Shown in pieces: positions 1 to 9,378 of a stretch of 32,000 bases of DNA. This stretch comes from Nonlabens ponticola (GTDB lineage Bacteria > Bacteroidota > Bacteroidia > Flavobacteriales > Flavobacteriaceae): contig NZ_CP034549.1 of NCBI RefSeq assembly GCF_003966335.1, positions 510,001 to 542,000 on the forward strand, in the 5' to 3' direction. The notes below the pieces were generated by a model. That model was given only the letters and a program-made list of their open reading frames with translations, was not told where the DNA came from and did not search any database. The number at the start of each line of letters is the position of its first letter. The stretch's first letter is position 1. The position numbers were made by a program, and so were the translations under genes.

Positions 1-1373
1 ACGTTGAAGAAATTACAAGGTCCGACTCGGGAGCGATCAATTTATCAAAAACGGCTGATTGCATTAACGACATCATCCATAATTCAAAAAACAATAAACT
101 AAAATCTATTTGTTTTGTAACTGGCGTCCCAGGAGCTGGAAAAACTCTTGCTGGACTTAATGTGGCTGTTGACAGAATGAATACGGACAAAGATGAACAT
201 GCTGTTTTCCTTTCTGGTAACGGTCCTCTTGTAGAGGTATTAAGAGAAGCACTTACAAGAGACGAAGTTGCGACTGAAAAATTGAGAGGAAACAAATTGA
301 CTAAAAAGAAGGCAGCGATTAAAGCCAATTCTTTTATTCAAAACATTCATCATTTTAGAGATGATAACCTGCTTTCAAATAAAGCTCCGGTAGAAAGGGT
401 TGTAGTTTTTGATGAGGCACAACGTGCCTGGACAAAGCATCAAACCAGCTCATTTATGCGACGCAAAAAGGGAAAAGACGATTTTGACATGTCTGAACCA
501 GAATTTTTAATAAGTGTAATGGATCGACATACAGATTGGTGTACAATTGTTTGCCTTATAGGTGGTGGTCAAGAAATCAATACAGGCGAAGCAGGTCTTG
601 AAGAATGGATTAAATCATTAGCACGGAGCTTTCCGGATTGGCAAATTCACTTTTCTACACCGATACTTACGCAATCTAATTATCTTAAATCTGAAGCGTC
701 AAAGAGCTTTCTAGTGAAAAATGGTCATCAAACACGAGACTTGCATTTGTCTGTCTCGATTAGATCATTTCGTTCAGAGAAATTATCAAGGTTTATTCAT
801 GAGATGCTGGAACTCAATTTGAGTCACGCTCAAAATTTGTTCAAGGAAATTAAAAATGACTATCCGATAGTAATCACAAGAGATCTTGAAAAAGCGAAGA
901 AATGGATGAAATCAAAAGCCTTGGGAACAGAGCGAATTGGATTAGTTGCCTCTTCTGGAGCTCGTAGATTGCGACCCAAAGGAATAGATGTGAAAAACGA
1001 AATCTCTGCCTCAAATTGGTTTTTAAATGACAGCACTGATATCAGATCATCATATTTTTTAGAAGATGTTGCTACCGAGTTCGATATTCAAGGGCTTGAA
1101 ATTGATTGGTGTTGCGTCGCATGGGGCGCTAACTTTTATCTTAAAGATTCAGAATGACAATATCAGAACCTCAAGGGAACTAAATGGCAAAACATCAATA
1201 AAACAGAACTTCAAGAATATTTAAAAAACACCTATCGAGTCCTTTTAACTAGAGCAAGACAAGGAATGATCATTTACATTCCAGAAGGTGATGTTTCTGA
1301 CATTACAAGGGCGGACGAATTTTATGATGAAACTTTTGATTACTTCAAGTCAGTAGGAGTTTTTGAAATATAA
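1..1373 (+). pseudogene. DUF2075-type P-loop NTPase (SF1-helicase-like); 5' end lies outside the window; interrupted by one in-frame TGA at 1155-1157
   Basis: The reading frame is open from nt 3. It contains Walker A GVPGAGKT (123-146), Walker B-like VVFDEAQ (DEAQ at 411-422) and a QGLEIDW block. After the TGA the same frame continues QYQNLKGTKWQN...YRVLLTRARQGMIIYIPEG (1233-1277) to TAA at 1371-1373. The ORF track shows only the GTG-initiated piece 162-1157. Confidence 0.7.
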
Positions 1374-1393
1374 TTTGTATGTACATGTTAAAC

Positions 1394-1415
1394 GAGCTGC
1401 CACATCTGGCAGCTC
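1394..1415. terminator. Hairpin between convergent genes; candidate bidirectional intrinsic terminator
   Basis: Perfect 9-bp stem GAGCTGCCA (1394-1402) / TGGCAGCTC (1407-1415) with 4-nt loop CATC. It is flanked by A/T-rich sequence (gttaaac ... attgtttaatt). It sits between the stop at 1373 (+) and the stop at 1469 (-). Confidence 0.6.
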
Positions 1416-1468
1416 ATTGTTTAATTACTTTCAAGGCAGAAAAAATTGCTGATAAGCAAAATACTTTT

Positions 1469-2317
1469 TTAATCCCTCAAATACTCCTGAACATCTACCA
1501 CATCATACACTGGACTGTACCTCATGAATTCCTGAAAGAAAGCAATGTGTGTGGCTCCTTGTAAGATCAAGACACGATCGTCTGGCTGGATATCTAGGCG
1601 GTTGATATTGGCAAACATGCGCAAGTTGCGCTTATAAAAGTCTGCTGCTACGTCCGCACCTTCAAAATTGCCGTCTGTATTGACATAAGTGAGCAAGTCT
1701 GAATTGGCGTGCTTTAAAAAACTGATGTATTCTGGTGAGTTGGTAAAGCGGTACAACTGTTTAGTGGTTGCCGTTTGTTCTAATGCAGCAGCTTTTTGAA
1801 GCAATGGCATCAATTGAGCATAATATTTATTGACGGCCTGAGTGTTGAGTGAGTCTGCCATTTGACCTATGCGGCCGTAATCATATCCCATTTTGTGATC
1901 AATCGCGTGCAACGTAGCGCCACTGGATCTGGCTATTTGAAATGCTAGCAAGCCTACCTCACCGCCATAGGTGCTCAGCTCAGTTGGATTGGCGATATAG
2001 TTGGCATATAGCGAGTCCATGTATGCTTGCCGCTCAGGTCGCACCTCAACAATTATCTTGGTAGGTTTAAATTCTTGAGCAAGTTGCAAGGCCAGTTCAG
2101 TAATCTCTGCGCGGCGTTCTGGTTTGCTCGCATCATATCTGGATTTATTGGCATCGCTGGTGGCGCCCATATGCCATGTTCCTAAAAGCAATGTTTTGGC
2201 GCCATTGAATTTAAAGGCAGCTTTAGTTTCCTGAATAAATTCGGCTTCTGTTGCGGTTTGTGCTATGCTCAAGTGGCTGGTTAAAATAGCTAGGATAAAT
2301 AGTCTTAGAGTTTTCAT
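1469..2317 (-). CDS. Secreted hypothetical protein, DUF5694-like (TraB/GumN-type fold suspected)
   Basis: 282-aa ORF with an ATG start and signal peptide MKTLRLFILAILTSHLSIAQ. The LLLGTWHMG and ILQGATHIAF motifs resemble the DUF5694 family as I recall it. The family assignment is from memory only. Confidence 0.7.
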   Translation of the reverse strand: MKTLRLFILAILTSHLSIAQTATEAEFIQETKAAFKFNGAKTLLLGTWHMGATSDANKSRYDASKPERRAEITELALQLAQEFKPTKIIVEVRPERQAYMDSLYANYIANPTELSTYGGEVGLLAFQIARSSGATLHAIDHKMGYDYGRIGQMADSLNTQAVNKYYAQLMPLLQKAAALEQTATTKQLYRFTNSPEYISFLKHANSDLLTYVNTDGNFEGADVAADFYKRNLRMFANINRLDIQPDDRVLILQGATHIAFFQEFMRYSPVYDVVDVQEYLRD

Positions 2318-2488
2318 ATCGTTGTTTGTTTCAACAAACCTAGCAGGACTTCAAGCCTCTAAACCAACAAACTCGATGACTCAGGAATATGTATCGATGA
2401 ATCATATGCCATCTATTTTCATAGACAAAACCACCCGTTTGATAGAGACACGCTGTGACGGTCTTGAGATAATGGTTAAGTTCACTAC

Positions 2489-3523
2489 ATGAAACTGAGA
2501 CTACTGCGTTTTATAGGCGCCTTCTACCTCTTCTTTATCTTTTCAGAGACCTTGAGAGACATCATGAGGTATCCTGAGCGATGGCAAAATCAAAATTTTG
2601 ATACCGCAAGATGGTTCCTAGGTCATTTACAGAGCTCGCTTTTGTTTTTGGCTTACGCGCTATTCAGTTACCTATTCCTATACTATTACTATAAAAAAAT
2701 ATCCAAAACTGTTGTGTTTGTAGCGTTGACAGTCATAGCATTTGGAACCATAGGTTTGCGTTATGTGACTGAAGAAGTCATTATCAAAGCAATCACTGGC
2801 TACGGCAATTACTATGAAGGCACCACGGTCGCTTATTACATCGTCGACAACCTTTATTATGCGATGCTTTACACCGCATTTGGCGTGTGCTGGTTCTTTG
2901 TGCACTATGCTGTGGTGCGCGATAGACAACAACAGGAGTTACTACTAGAAAACAAGAAGTCAGAACTCGCTTTCCTGCGATCACAGGTCAATCCGCACTT
3001 CTTGTTCAACATGCTCAACAACATTTATGCACTTATAAACATGAAGTCTGACAAGGCTCTGGTTGCTACAGAAAAACTCAGTCAGCTGCTGCGATACAGT
3101 CTTTATGAGACTGATAAATTAGTGACCATAGAAAATGAACTCGATGCTGTAAGAAGTTATATAGATTTAGAGCGATTACGCTTTCGCGAAAGCGTACAAA
3201 CCACTATCACCGCTGCAACAAACGTACAGCACATACAAGTGACGCCATTTCTGCTCATGCCGTTGGTGGAAAATGCGTTTAAACATGGTGTGGTCACAGA
3301 TGCCACACAGCCTATCATGATAAAGGTGCAAACTGATCAAGATAGACTTGAAATTGAAGTGCTTAATGCGGTTGCAACTCGTGAAAAAGATGAGGTAGGC
3401 GGCATAGGTGTAGAAAACTTGAAAAAACGACTGGCGCTTACCTATGGTGATGATGCAGGAATGAGTACCGAAGTGATTGACGGCCAATTCATCGCTAGAA
3501 TTTTTATTAAATTGAAGCCATGA
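2489..3523 (+). CDS. LytS/YehU-type sensor histidine kinase
   Basis: The N-terminal half is polytopic and hydrophobic. It has the His_kinase (PF06580-type) signature RSQVNPHFLFNMLNNIYAL and a C-terminal HATPase region (ENAFKHG ... GGIGVENLKKRL). Its stop overlaps the start of the response regulator (ATGA at 3520-3523). Confidence 0.9.
   Translation: MKLRLLRFIGAFYLFFIFSETLRDIMRYPERWQNQNFDTARWFLGHLQSSLLFLAYALFSYLFLYYYYKKISKTVVFVALTVIAFGTIGLRYVTEEVIIKAITGYGNYYEGTTVAYYIVDNLYYAMLYTAFGVCWFFVHYAVVRDRQQQELLLENKKSELAFLRSQVNPHFLFNMLNNIYALINMKSDKALVATEKLSQLLRYSLYETDKLVTIENELDAVRSYIDLERLRFRESVQTTITAATNVQHIQVTPFLLMPLVENAFKHGVVTDATQPIMIKVQTDQDRLEIEVLNAVATREKDEVGGIGVENLKKRLALTYGDDAGMSTEVIDGQFIARIFIKLKP
3177..3196. 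repeat. HIP-like palindrome copy 1: TACGCTTTCGCGAAAGCGTA (20-bp perfect)
   Basis: Read directly from the sequence. It lies inside the histidine kinase CDS and encodes RFRES. Confidence 0.95.
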
Positions 3524-4206
3524 TCAAGTGTTTACTTATAGATGATGAGCCGCTAGCGCTGCAATTGCTCGAGTCACATGTGTCACAAACTGAAGGTGTT
3601 GAGGTGCTCAAAACCTTTACCAATCCCATTGAAGCTCTTCAAGAAGTAGAAACTCTCAAACCTGATTTGATCTTTTCTGATATCCAAATGCCTGAATTGA
3701 ATGGCGTTCAATTTTCCAAAATCATAGGAAACAAATACCCGATCATTTTTACCACAGCCTATGAGCAGTATGCGGTAGAAGGTTTTGAACTGGATGTTAT
3801 CGATTATTTACTTAAACCTATCGCCTTACAACGCTTTCAAAAAGCCGTTGACAAATTCAAAAATCGTTCAAAATCTGCCGCAGCAGATGCACCTGCAGCA
3901 GATTATATTTTTGTAAAGAGTGAATACAAAACTCTCAAAATCAATCTGTCAGACATCCATTACATCAAAGGCATGGCAGACTATGTGACGATTGTTACAG
4001 CAGATAAAAAAGTACACACATTAGAAAATCTGAAACACTATCAGGCCACTTTACCAGCCAGCAGCTTCATGCGCGTCCATAAAAGCTACATCATAGCCAT
4101 GGACAAGATTGAATTCATCGAGCGCAACCGCGCTGTGATCTTAGGCGACTACATTCCCGTAAGCGACACCTATAAAAAAGACTTTTTTGATCGTGTGAAT
4201 AATTAG
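3520..4206 (+). CDS. LytR/AlgR-family response regulator (REC + LytTR DNA-binding domain)
   Basis: The receiver domain has LLIDDEPLA, the phospho-acceptor context LIFSDIQMPELNG and a LLKP motif. The C-terminal LytTR region reads IHYIKGMADYVTIVT ... FMRVHKSYII. It is translationally coupled to the kinase. Confidence 0.9.
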   Translation: MIKCLLIDDEPLALQLLESHVSQTEGVEVLKTFTNPIEALQEVETLKPDLIFSDIQMPELNGVQFSKIIGNKYPIIFTTAYEQYAVEGFELDVIDYLLKPIALQRFQKAVDKFKNRSKSAAADAPAADYIFVKSEYKTLKINLSDIHYIKGMADYVTIVTADKKVHTLENLKHYQATLPASSFMRVHKSYIIAMDKIEFIERNRAVILGDYIPVSDTYKKDFFDRVNN

Positions 4207-4240
4207 TTGTTATCTTACTAGATGAAATAAAACCCATCTT

Positions 4241-5026
4241 ATGTTTAGAAAATTGATGTTAGTTGCGATGATATTCGCCTATGCTTTAGGGCACGCGCAA
4301 ACAACAGCAACTTCAAAATTATCAGATTCTTACTTATCTAATTTAGAGGTTTTTGACCCAAGGTATCCTGGAGATGTTGAAGTAACCTATTTGGTTGAAA
4401 AAGCTGCATTTTATGATGAGAACCTTCAATTAATACCAGCACAGTTGGTTCAGGATTACCGTTTAAATGCTGATTATTCAATTGACAAAATGTACATCGA
4501 TGATCAAAAATTTGTCAAGGTTGTAGTATATAGAAAAAGTACATCATCAGAAAAGATTGCCAAACAGAAAACACTAAATCAACTAGAAGCTAAAGATCCA
4601 AATGATTTTAGAGGTACTTACCCTAAACCATTTCAAATAACCGACATGAATGGAAAGGTATATACACCAGAGTCTCTACGTGGTAAAGTGGTGGTGATTA
4701 ATTATTGGTTTATTGGATGTGCACCATGCGAGAAAGAAATGCCTATGCTCAACCAGTTGGTTGAAAAGTATGAAGACAAGGATGTCATTTTCCTAGCGTT
4801 GACGCCAGATAAAAAGGAACAGGTTGCAAAATTTCTCAAAAAGAAAGATTTTGATTTTAACATCATTCCAGATGCATCTCAGATGATCACTGATTATAAC
4901 GTGACAGGATTTCCGACACATATGTTGATAGACAAAAAGTTGGTTATTCAATACTTAGGTCTTTTACCAGAAAAACTTGTATATGATAAATTAGACGAGG
5001 CTATCGGTATGCTTTTAGCCAACTAA
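4241..5026 (+). CDS. TlpA-like thiol:disulfide oxidoreductase (thioredoxin fold, AhpC/TSA family), secreted
   Basis: Signal peptide MFRKLMLVAMIFAYALGHAQ. The redox motif is WFIGCAPCEKEMP (CxxC), and GFPTHMLID is typical of the thioredoxin fold. Confidence 0.8.
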   Translation: MFRKLMLVAMIFAYALGHAQTTATSKLSDSYLSNLEVFDPRYPGDVEVTYLVEKAAFYDENLQLIPAQLVQDYRLNADYSIDKMYIDDQKFVKVVVYRKSTSSEKIAKQKTLNQLEAKDPNDFRGTYPKPFQITDMNGKVYTPESLRGKVVVINYWFIGCAPCEKEMPMLNQLVEKYEDKDVIFLALTPDKKEQVAKFLKKKDFDFNIIPDASQMITDYNVTGFPTHMLIDKKLVIQYLGLLPEKLVYDKLDEAIGMLLAN

Positions 5027-5113
5027 CTTATCGTTCAAATCACTCTAATTGATCTTGGTTTCAACCGTGCTGTTCAAAAACTACTTAAGGCGTGAATTGC
5101 TTACTTTTAAGCA

Positions 5114-6250
5114 ATGATCCCATCAAAATTACCCAATCTACCTACTTCCATTTTTGCAGAGATGAGTGAGCTGGCGGCGCAACATGGTGCGCTTAATCTG
5201 TCTCAAGGCTTCCCAAGTTTTCATGCCGCACAAGAATTGAAAGATCTTGCAGCACAGGCCATACAGAATAATCATAACCAGTATGCGCCCATGATGGGTA
5301 TTCAAGAGTTGCGCATCGCTATTGCACAAATGATGCAATCGCAGCATAGTGTCGCTTACGATCCCATGAGCGAAATATGCATCACGGCAGGTGCCACTCA
5401 AGCAATTTTTACCGCTATTCAGGCAACGATTTTCGCTGGTGATGAGGTGATCATCTTCTCGCCTGCCTACGATTGTTATGAGCCTGCCATCAAAATTGCT
5501 GGTGGCGTGGTGGTTCCGGTTCCTATGCAATTACCAGATTTTACGATCGATTGGGATCTAGTAAAGTCAAAGGTGACTGCCAAAACCAAAATGATCATCA
5601 TCAACTCGCCACACAATCCTAGCGGTGCGCTTCTGCAGGATGCAGACTTAAAACAACTGCAACAAATTGCTGTTGAAAATGATCTGTTGATTCTCAGTGA
5701 TGAGGTCTATGAATTCATGGTGTTTAATGATCATGAGCACCTCAGCGCATGCCGCTATCCTGAGCTGAAAGAGCGATGTTTTATCACAGGTAGTTTTGGG
5801 AAGACCTTTCATGTCACAGGCTGGAAGCTGGGTTACATCCTAGCGCCACCTCGGTTGATGAAAGAGTTTTTAAAGATTCATCAACAGGTAATTTTTTGCA
5901 TCAATAGACCTATCCAGCATGCGGTCGCCAACTATTTGCAAAATCCAAGCACCTATCAAGATCTAGGCAAATTTTATCAGCGTAAACGAGATTTATTTCT
6001 CAATTTGATCAAAGACAGTAGGTTCAAGTTTAAACCATCTGCCAGCACTTATTTTCAACTGCTTGATTATTCTAGCATCACAGATGAGCATGATTACGCT
6101 TTCGCGAAAGCGCTAACCATCAACCACAAGATTGCAGCTATACCCATCAGCGTATTTATGGAAGGTCGTGATCCCAAAATGCTACGCTTTTGTTTTGCCA
6201 AAGAAGATGAGGAATTGGTTGCTGCTGCTAAGATTTTAAATCAGATATAA
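5114..6250 (+). CDS. ybdL: Class I/II PLP aminotransferase, methionine/glutamine aminotransferase YbdL type
   Basis: It aligns along its length with my recollection of E. coli YbdL: INLSQGFP, NQYAPM.G, NSPHNPSG, SDEVYE and SFGKTFHVTGWKLGY (PLP lysine). Confidence 0.85.
   Translation: MIPSKLPNLPTSIFAEMSELAAQHGALNLSQGFPSFHAAQELKDLAAQAIQNNHNQYAPMMGIQELRIAIAQMMQSQHSVAYDPMSEICITAGATQAIFTAIQATIFAGDEVIIFSPAYDCYEPAIKIAGGVVVPVPMQLPDFTIDWDLVKSKVTAKTKMIIINSPHNPSGALLQDADLKQLQQIAVENDLLILSDEVYEFMVFNDHEHLSACRYPELKERCFITGSFGKTFHVTGWKLGYILAPPRLMKEFLKIHQQVIFCINRPIQHAVANYLQNPSTYQDLGKFYQRKRDLFLNLIKDSRFKFKPSASTYFQLLDYSSITDEHDYAFAKALTINHKIAAIPISVFMEGRDPKMLRFCFAKEDEELVAAAKILNQI
6097..6112. repeat. HIP-like palindrome copy 2: CGCTTTCGCGAAAGCG (16-bp perfect; left flank GATTA shared with copies 1 and 10)
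   Basis: Read directly from the sequence. It lies inside ybdL and encodes AFAKA. Confidence 0.95.
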
Positions 6251-6251
6251 C

Positions 6252-7028
6252 ATGCCCGAAACCCTAAAAGTAACCCTAATCCAAACCGAACTCATCTGGG
6301 AAAATCCAGCAGAGAACCTCAAACACTTTGATGCTCAACTCAAAGAGCTGTATGGTAAAACAGATCTCGTGATTTTGCCTGAGATGTTTACCACAGGTTT
6401 CTCCATGAATCCGCAAGGCAATGCTAGTGGTGAGGAAATTTATGACTGGCTGTATAAACACGCGCGCCTAGGCAACCTTGCCATTTATGGTAGTGTGATG
6501 TTTGATAAAAGCGGTAGTTATTGCAATCGTGGTATTTTCATGAAACCCGATGGTCAAAAAATGATTTATGATAAGCGTCACACGTTCACGCTAGCAGGAG
6601 AGCACAAGGTTTACGATCGTGGTAACGATCAGATAGAGGTGTTTTACAAGGACTGGCAGTTCAAACTACAGATTTGCTATGATTTGCGATTCCCAGTTTT
6701 TGCACGCAACACTACCGAGTATGATGCGGTCATTTATGTGGCCAATTGGCCTGTGCCACGTATCAACGCTTGGGACGCCTTGCTAAAGGCACGCGCCATT
6801 GAAAACATGTGTTACAGTATAGGTGTCAACCGTGTAGGGACTGACGGTACTGGCATGGATTATTGCGGTCATTCACAGGTTTATGATGTTTTGGGCAATG
6901 AGTTGCTACCACATCCATGGACTAATAACGGAATTCAAACTATTGAGCTACACAAAGACCATATCCGGCAGTACCGTGATAAACTACGCTTTCTAGAAGA
7001 CCGTGATTTATTTATTCTAAAACAATAG
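6252..7028 (+). CDS. yafV: Carbon-nitrogen hydrolase (nitrilase superfamily), omega-amidase YafV type
   Basis: VILPEMFTTGF (catalytic Glu), YDKRHTF (Lys) and ICYDLRFPV (catalytic Cys) are present, with ANWP..R...W..LL.ARAIEN as in YafV. It starts 1 nt after the ybdL stop. Confidence 0.85.
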   Translation: MPETLKVTLIQTELIWENPAENLKHFDAQLKELYGKTDLVILPEMFTTGFSMNPQGNASGEEIYDWLYKHARLGNLAIYGSVMFDKSGSYCNRGIFMKPDGQKMIYDKRHTFTLAGEHKVYDRGNDQIEVFYKDWQFKLQICYDLRFPVFARNTTEYDAVIYVANWPVPRINAWDALLKARAIENMCYSIGVNRVGTDGTGMDYCGHSQVYDVLGNELLPHPWTNNGIQTIELHKDHIRQYRDKLRFLEDRDLFILKQ

Positions 7029-8616
7029 TTTCTACCACATCAAAGTTTGCCAGTAACGTGATTAAAGCAGGAATATAAACTACCTCTTCTGGCTGACGAT
7101 TTTCAAGAAAGTTTCCTGGGTCGTAGCGGCCATTGGCATTGCTGTCATAAATACTACGTATGTAGTAGTTTCCAGGTGTGATGTAATTGAAGTCGTAATC
7201 ACCATTCTCGGTAATAGTTTTCTCGGCTACTACGCTCAAGTCCTCTTTAACGATTTGCAAAATGACAGGCCATTTTGTACCACCAGTTACAGTGGTAAGA
7301 AAAGCACCGTATTCACGTGCTGTTTTAGTAGCATAGACATAAGTAGTAGTATCGATGCTAGTACCGTACATATCGACTATAGAACCAGGTCGCATCTGCA
7401 AATTATAGCGATTGGATTCTGTCTTTTCAAAGTCAATACTCAAGATATTTTTAAGTGAATCCAGTTTTGTTGTAAACGGTATAACGAGACTATCCTTATC
7501 GATTAAGGTCATGGATGCCGCGTCAATGACACTTATTGGTGTGTTGGTCTTTAATTGTATCGGGCTATTGAGCGTTAGCTGACCTTCTTTTGACAATATC
7601 AAACTGTCTACCTCACGATCTTCACGCAATCGTACTACCACAGTATCTTTATAGGATTTATAGCTCGCTTCTAATAACACGCTATCACGTTCTACAATCG
7701 CAGGCCTGTACCAAAAGTTGAGCGTGTCGATATCTTGCTGTCTCACGATCCTAGATTGCTCGAGCAAACCTTCAGGCAATACCTTTAATTGCATGCTATC
7801 CAGATTTCCCGCATAACCTACTTGAAATCTATTAGCTGCCTCGTGAGACGCTCTCAATACTTTAGGATCCAATACAGGTTTGAATAACTCTACTTCAAAA
7901 ACCTCATCAGTTGGTACCGATATTACATCACTAATAAAACCGATTTTATCTCTATCAGGATTGAATATAAGATCGCTTGCAGGTTCTTTTAAAGCTATCA
8001 TTTTATATTGTCCAGCCCGCAGGTTTTCCATGGTAAAAGTCGTGAGACTATCCAGTGTATTGACCACATATCTAGGCTGCTGCTTGTAAACAATACTATC
8101 AGTATAAGAACTATCTACCTCATAAAGCATCACGTTGACAAACTCATCAGTCTTGTAATTCAAGGCATCAGTAACACTACCGCTTATCTTCAAGGAATCA
8201 ATGTAACTACCTGTACTAAATACGTATTTGTAGAAAGGGTACACATTACCTTCCGTATTATCAACTATGCTTTGCCCAAAGCTAAATACATAGGTCGTGT
8301 TATCTAGTAACGTGTCCAGTATCTCAATGGTCAACTTGCGCGATGCAGCACCCAATGGCTTGATGAGTGGTCTATTCTTGAGCGGTGGCGATACCACTAG
8401 CTGGCGTTCTAGATTCTCTAGTTTAATGTATTCATCAAACGTGATCTCAATGATCTGGTTTTCAAAATTGGTTGTGTAGTTATCTGGCGTGGCGCGCAGT
8501 ATTTCTGGTGGCGTCTCGTCAACAGGTCCACCAGTAGGATTACCACGTTTGGCACATTGTACGATAAGCAGCGCGATGAACGCTACCAGGATAATTTGAA
8601 TACTATGTTTGATCAT
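7012..8616 (-). CDS. Ig-like (SbsA/Big_5-type) domain lipoprotein
   Basis: It has a lipobox-like signal (IALLIVQC|AKRG) followed by NPTGGPVDETPPE, typical of Ig-like domain lipoproteins of Flavobacteria. I prefer the ATG at 8616 (MIKHSIQ...) over the GTG at 8625 used by the ORF track. Its 3' end overlaps yafV by 17 nt in convergent orientation. Confidence 0.75.
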   Translation of the reverse strand: MIKHSIQIILVAFIALLIVQCAKRGNPTGGPVDETPPEILRATPDNYTTNFENQIIEITFDEYIKLENLERQLVVSPPLKNRPLIKPLGAASRKLTIEILDTLLDNTTYVFSFGQSIVDNTEGNVYPFYKYVFSTGSYIDSLKISGSVTDALNYKTDEFVNVMLYEVDSSYTDSIVYKQQPRYVVNTLDSLTTFTMENLRAGQYKMIALKEPASDLIFNPDRDKIGFISDVISVPTDEVFEVELFKPVLDPKVLRASHEAANRFQVGYAGNLDSMQLKVLPEGLLEQSRIVRQQDIDTLNFWYRPAIVERDSVLLEASYKSYKDTVVVRLREDREVDSLILSKEGQLTLNSPIQLKTNTPISVIDAASMTLIDKDSLVIPFTTKLDSLKNILSIDFEKTESNRYNLQMRPGSIVDMYGTSIDTTTYVYATKTAREYGAFLTTVTGGTKWPVILQIVKEDLSVVAEKTITENGDYDFNYITPGNYYIRSIYDSNANGRYDPGNFLENRQPEEVVYIPALITLLANFDVVETIVLE

Positions 8617-8649
8617 CACTTTCACAACGCGCGCAAGTTACTCGATATT

Positions 8650-9336
8650 TTATACTGAGATTGCCATGGTCGCTATGGAAATTCTTACGTTGGAAATTTT
8701 GGCCAGTTCGCGGCAGCACAAACTCAAAGTTGTGCCAGTCGTGATCACATCATCTACCAGCAATACGTGGCTGCCTTCAGGCAAATGTTCTTGCAGTACA
8801 TAAGGCGATTGCGTCTCGTCGCTTCGCATGGTTTGACTCAGCTGGGCCTGTTTCTTGGTATGGTGCTTTTTTAGGAGCACGCTTTCGCGAAAGCTAACAT
8901 CCAAGCCATCACTTAAACATTTACCAAATTTTGTCACCTGATTATAACCTCTTAAACGCTTCCTTTTGGGATGAACAGGCACAGGCACCACTACATCAAC
9001 ATCATTTAGAATTCCATCCTCAATTAGCAATTGCGTCAACCATTGCCCCATGAACGTGCCCACTTCTTCTCTACCCTGATATTTGAGCGCATGGATCATA
9101 TGTTGAATGGCGCCTATTTTTTCATAATAAAAAAGGCTCACACTTTGTTCAACAGGAGTTCTACCTATGAACAACCGCTGCATTTTATCGTCGCTTTTTA
9201 GATCGTGATAAGCCAGCGGTAATTGGCTGCGACACCTGATGCATAGTAGTTCTTCACCAGCCATAAGCGAGTTATGGCAATTGAGGCACACCTGCGGATA
9301 AAAGAGATTAACAAAGTCCTGTAGCAGGGCTCGCAT
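8650..9336 (-). CDS. comF: ComF-family protein (phosphoribosyltransferase domain)
   Basis: The N-terminus carries a four-Cys zinc-finger pattern (CLNC ... CIRC). The C-terminus carries the PRTase motif VLLVDDVITTGTT. Confidence 0.8.
   Translation of the reverse strand: MRALLQDFVNLFYPQVCLNCHNSLMAGEELLCIRCRSQLPLAYHDLKSDDKMQRLFIGRTPVEQSVSLFYYEKIGAIQHMIHALKYQGREEVGTFMGQWLTQLLIEDGILNDVDVVVPVPVHPKRKRLRGYNQVTKFGKCLSDGLDVSFRESVLLKKHHTKKQAQLSQTMRSDETQSPYVLQEHLPEGSHVLLVDDVITTGTTLSLCCRELAKISNVRISIATMAISV
8881..8894. repeat. HIP-like palindrome copy 3: GCTTTCGCGAAAGC
   Basis: Read directly from the sequence. It lies inside comF (minus strand) and encodes SFRES. Confidence 0.95.
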
Positions 9337-9378
9337 AAAAATTTGTTAGTTTAGTGATCCTAAAGATATTAAACCATC

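Noticed and set aside
1155-1157. The in-frame TGA as selenocysteine or programmed readthrough
   Set aside because: I see no obvious stem-loop resembling a bacterial SECIS immediately downstream. The family is not a known selenoprotein, and the context fits a simple Trp codon mutation.
1379-1564. The 61-aa ORF 1379-1564 (+) and the 75-aa ORF 2265-2492 (+)
   Set aside because: The first spans the terminator hairpin and then runs antisense into the 3' end of the 1469-2317 gene. The second runs antisense over that gene's start and then across the intergenic region. Both have low-complexity, unconvincing sequence and no promoter support.
2678-3487. Antisense or alternate-frame ORFs inside longer genes. 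Examples are 2678-2932, 2793-2984, 3176-3487, 5138-5530, 6276-6461, 7255-8479 (several), 9801-10019, 10423-11850 (several), 13165-15485 (several), 17793-17999, 20902-21262, 22477-23541 (several), 26293-26499, 27094-27465, 28235-28444, 29577-29813 and 30188-30370
   Set aside because: All are nested in or opposite much longer ORFs with clear family signatures. Their translations are Cys/Arg/Ser-rich or low-complexity, which is typical of shadow ORFs.
5098-5113. The small hairpin TGCTTA-cttt-TAAGCA immediately before the ybdL ATG
   Set aside because: It is only a 6-bp A/T-rich stem with no T-tract. It could equally be chance, and there is not enough evidence to call it a terminator or a regulatory element.
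6985-7000. Possible decayed palindrome copies: TACGCTTTCTAGAAGA (6985-7000, in yafV) and ACGCTTTCAAAAAGCCGT (3831-3848, in the response regulator)
   Set aside because: Each matches the left arm (ACGCTTTC) but has four or more mismatches in the rest. I did not count them because I cannot assess their significance by eye. They would make the spacing less regular if they are real.
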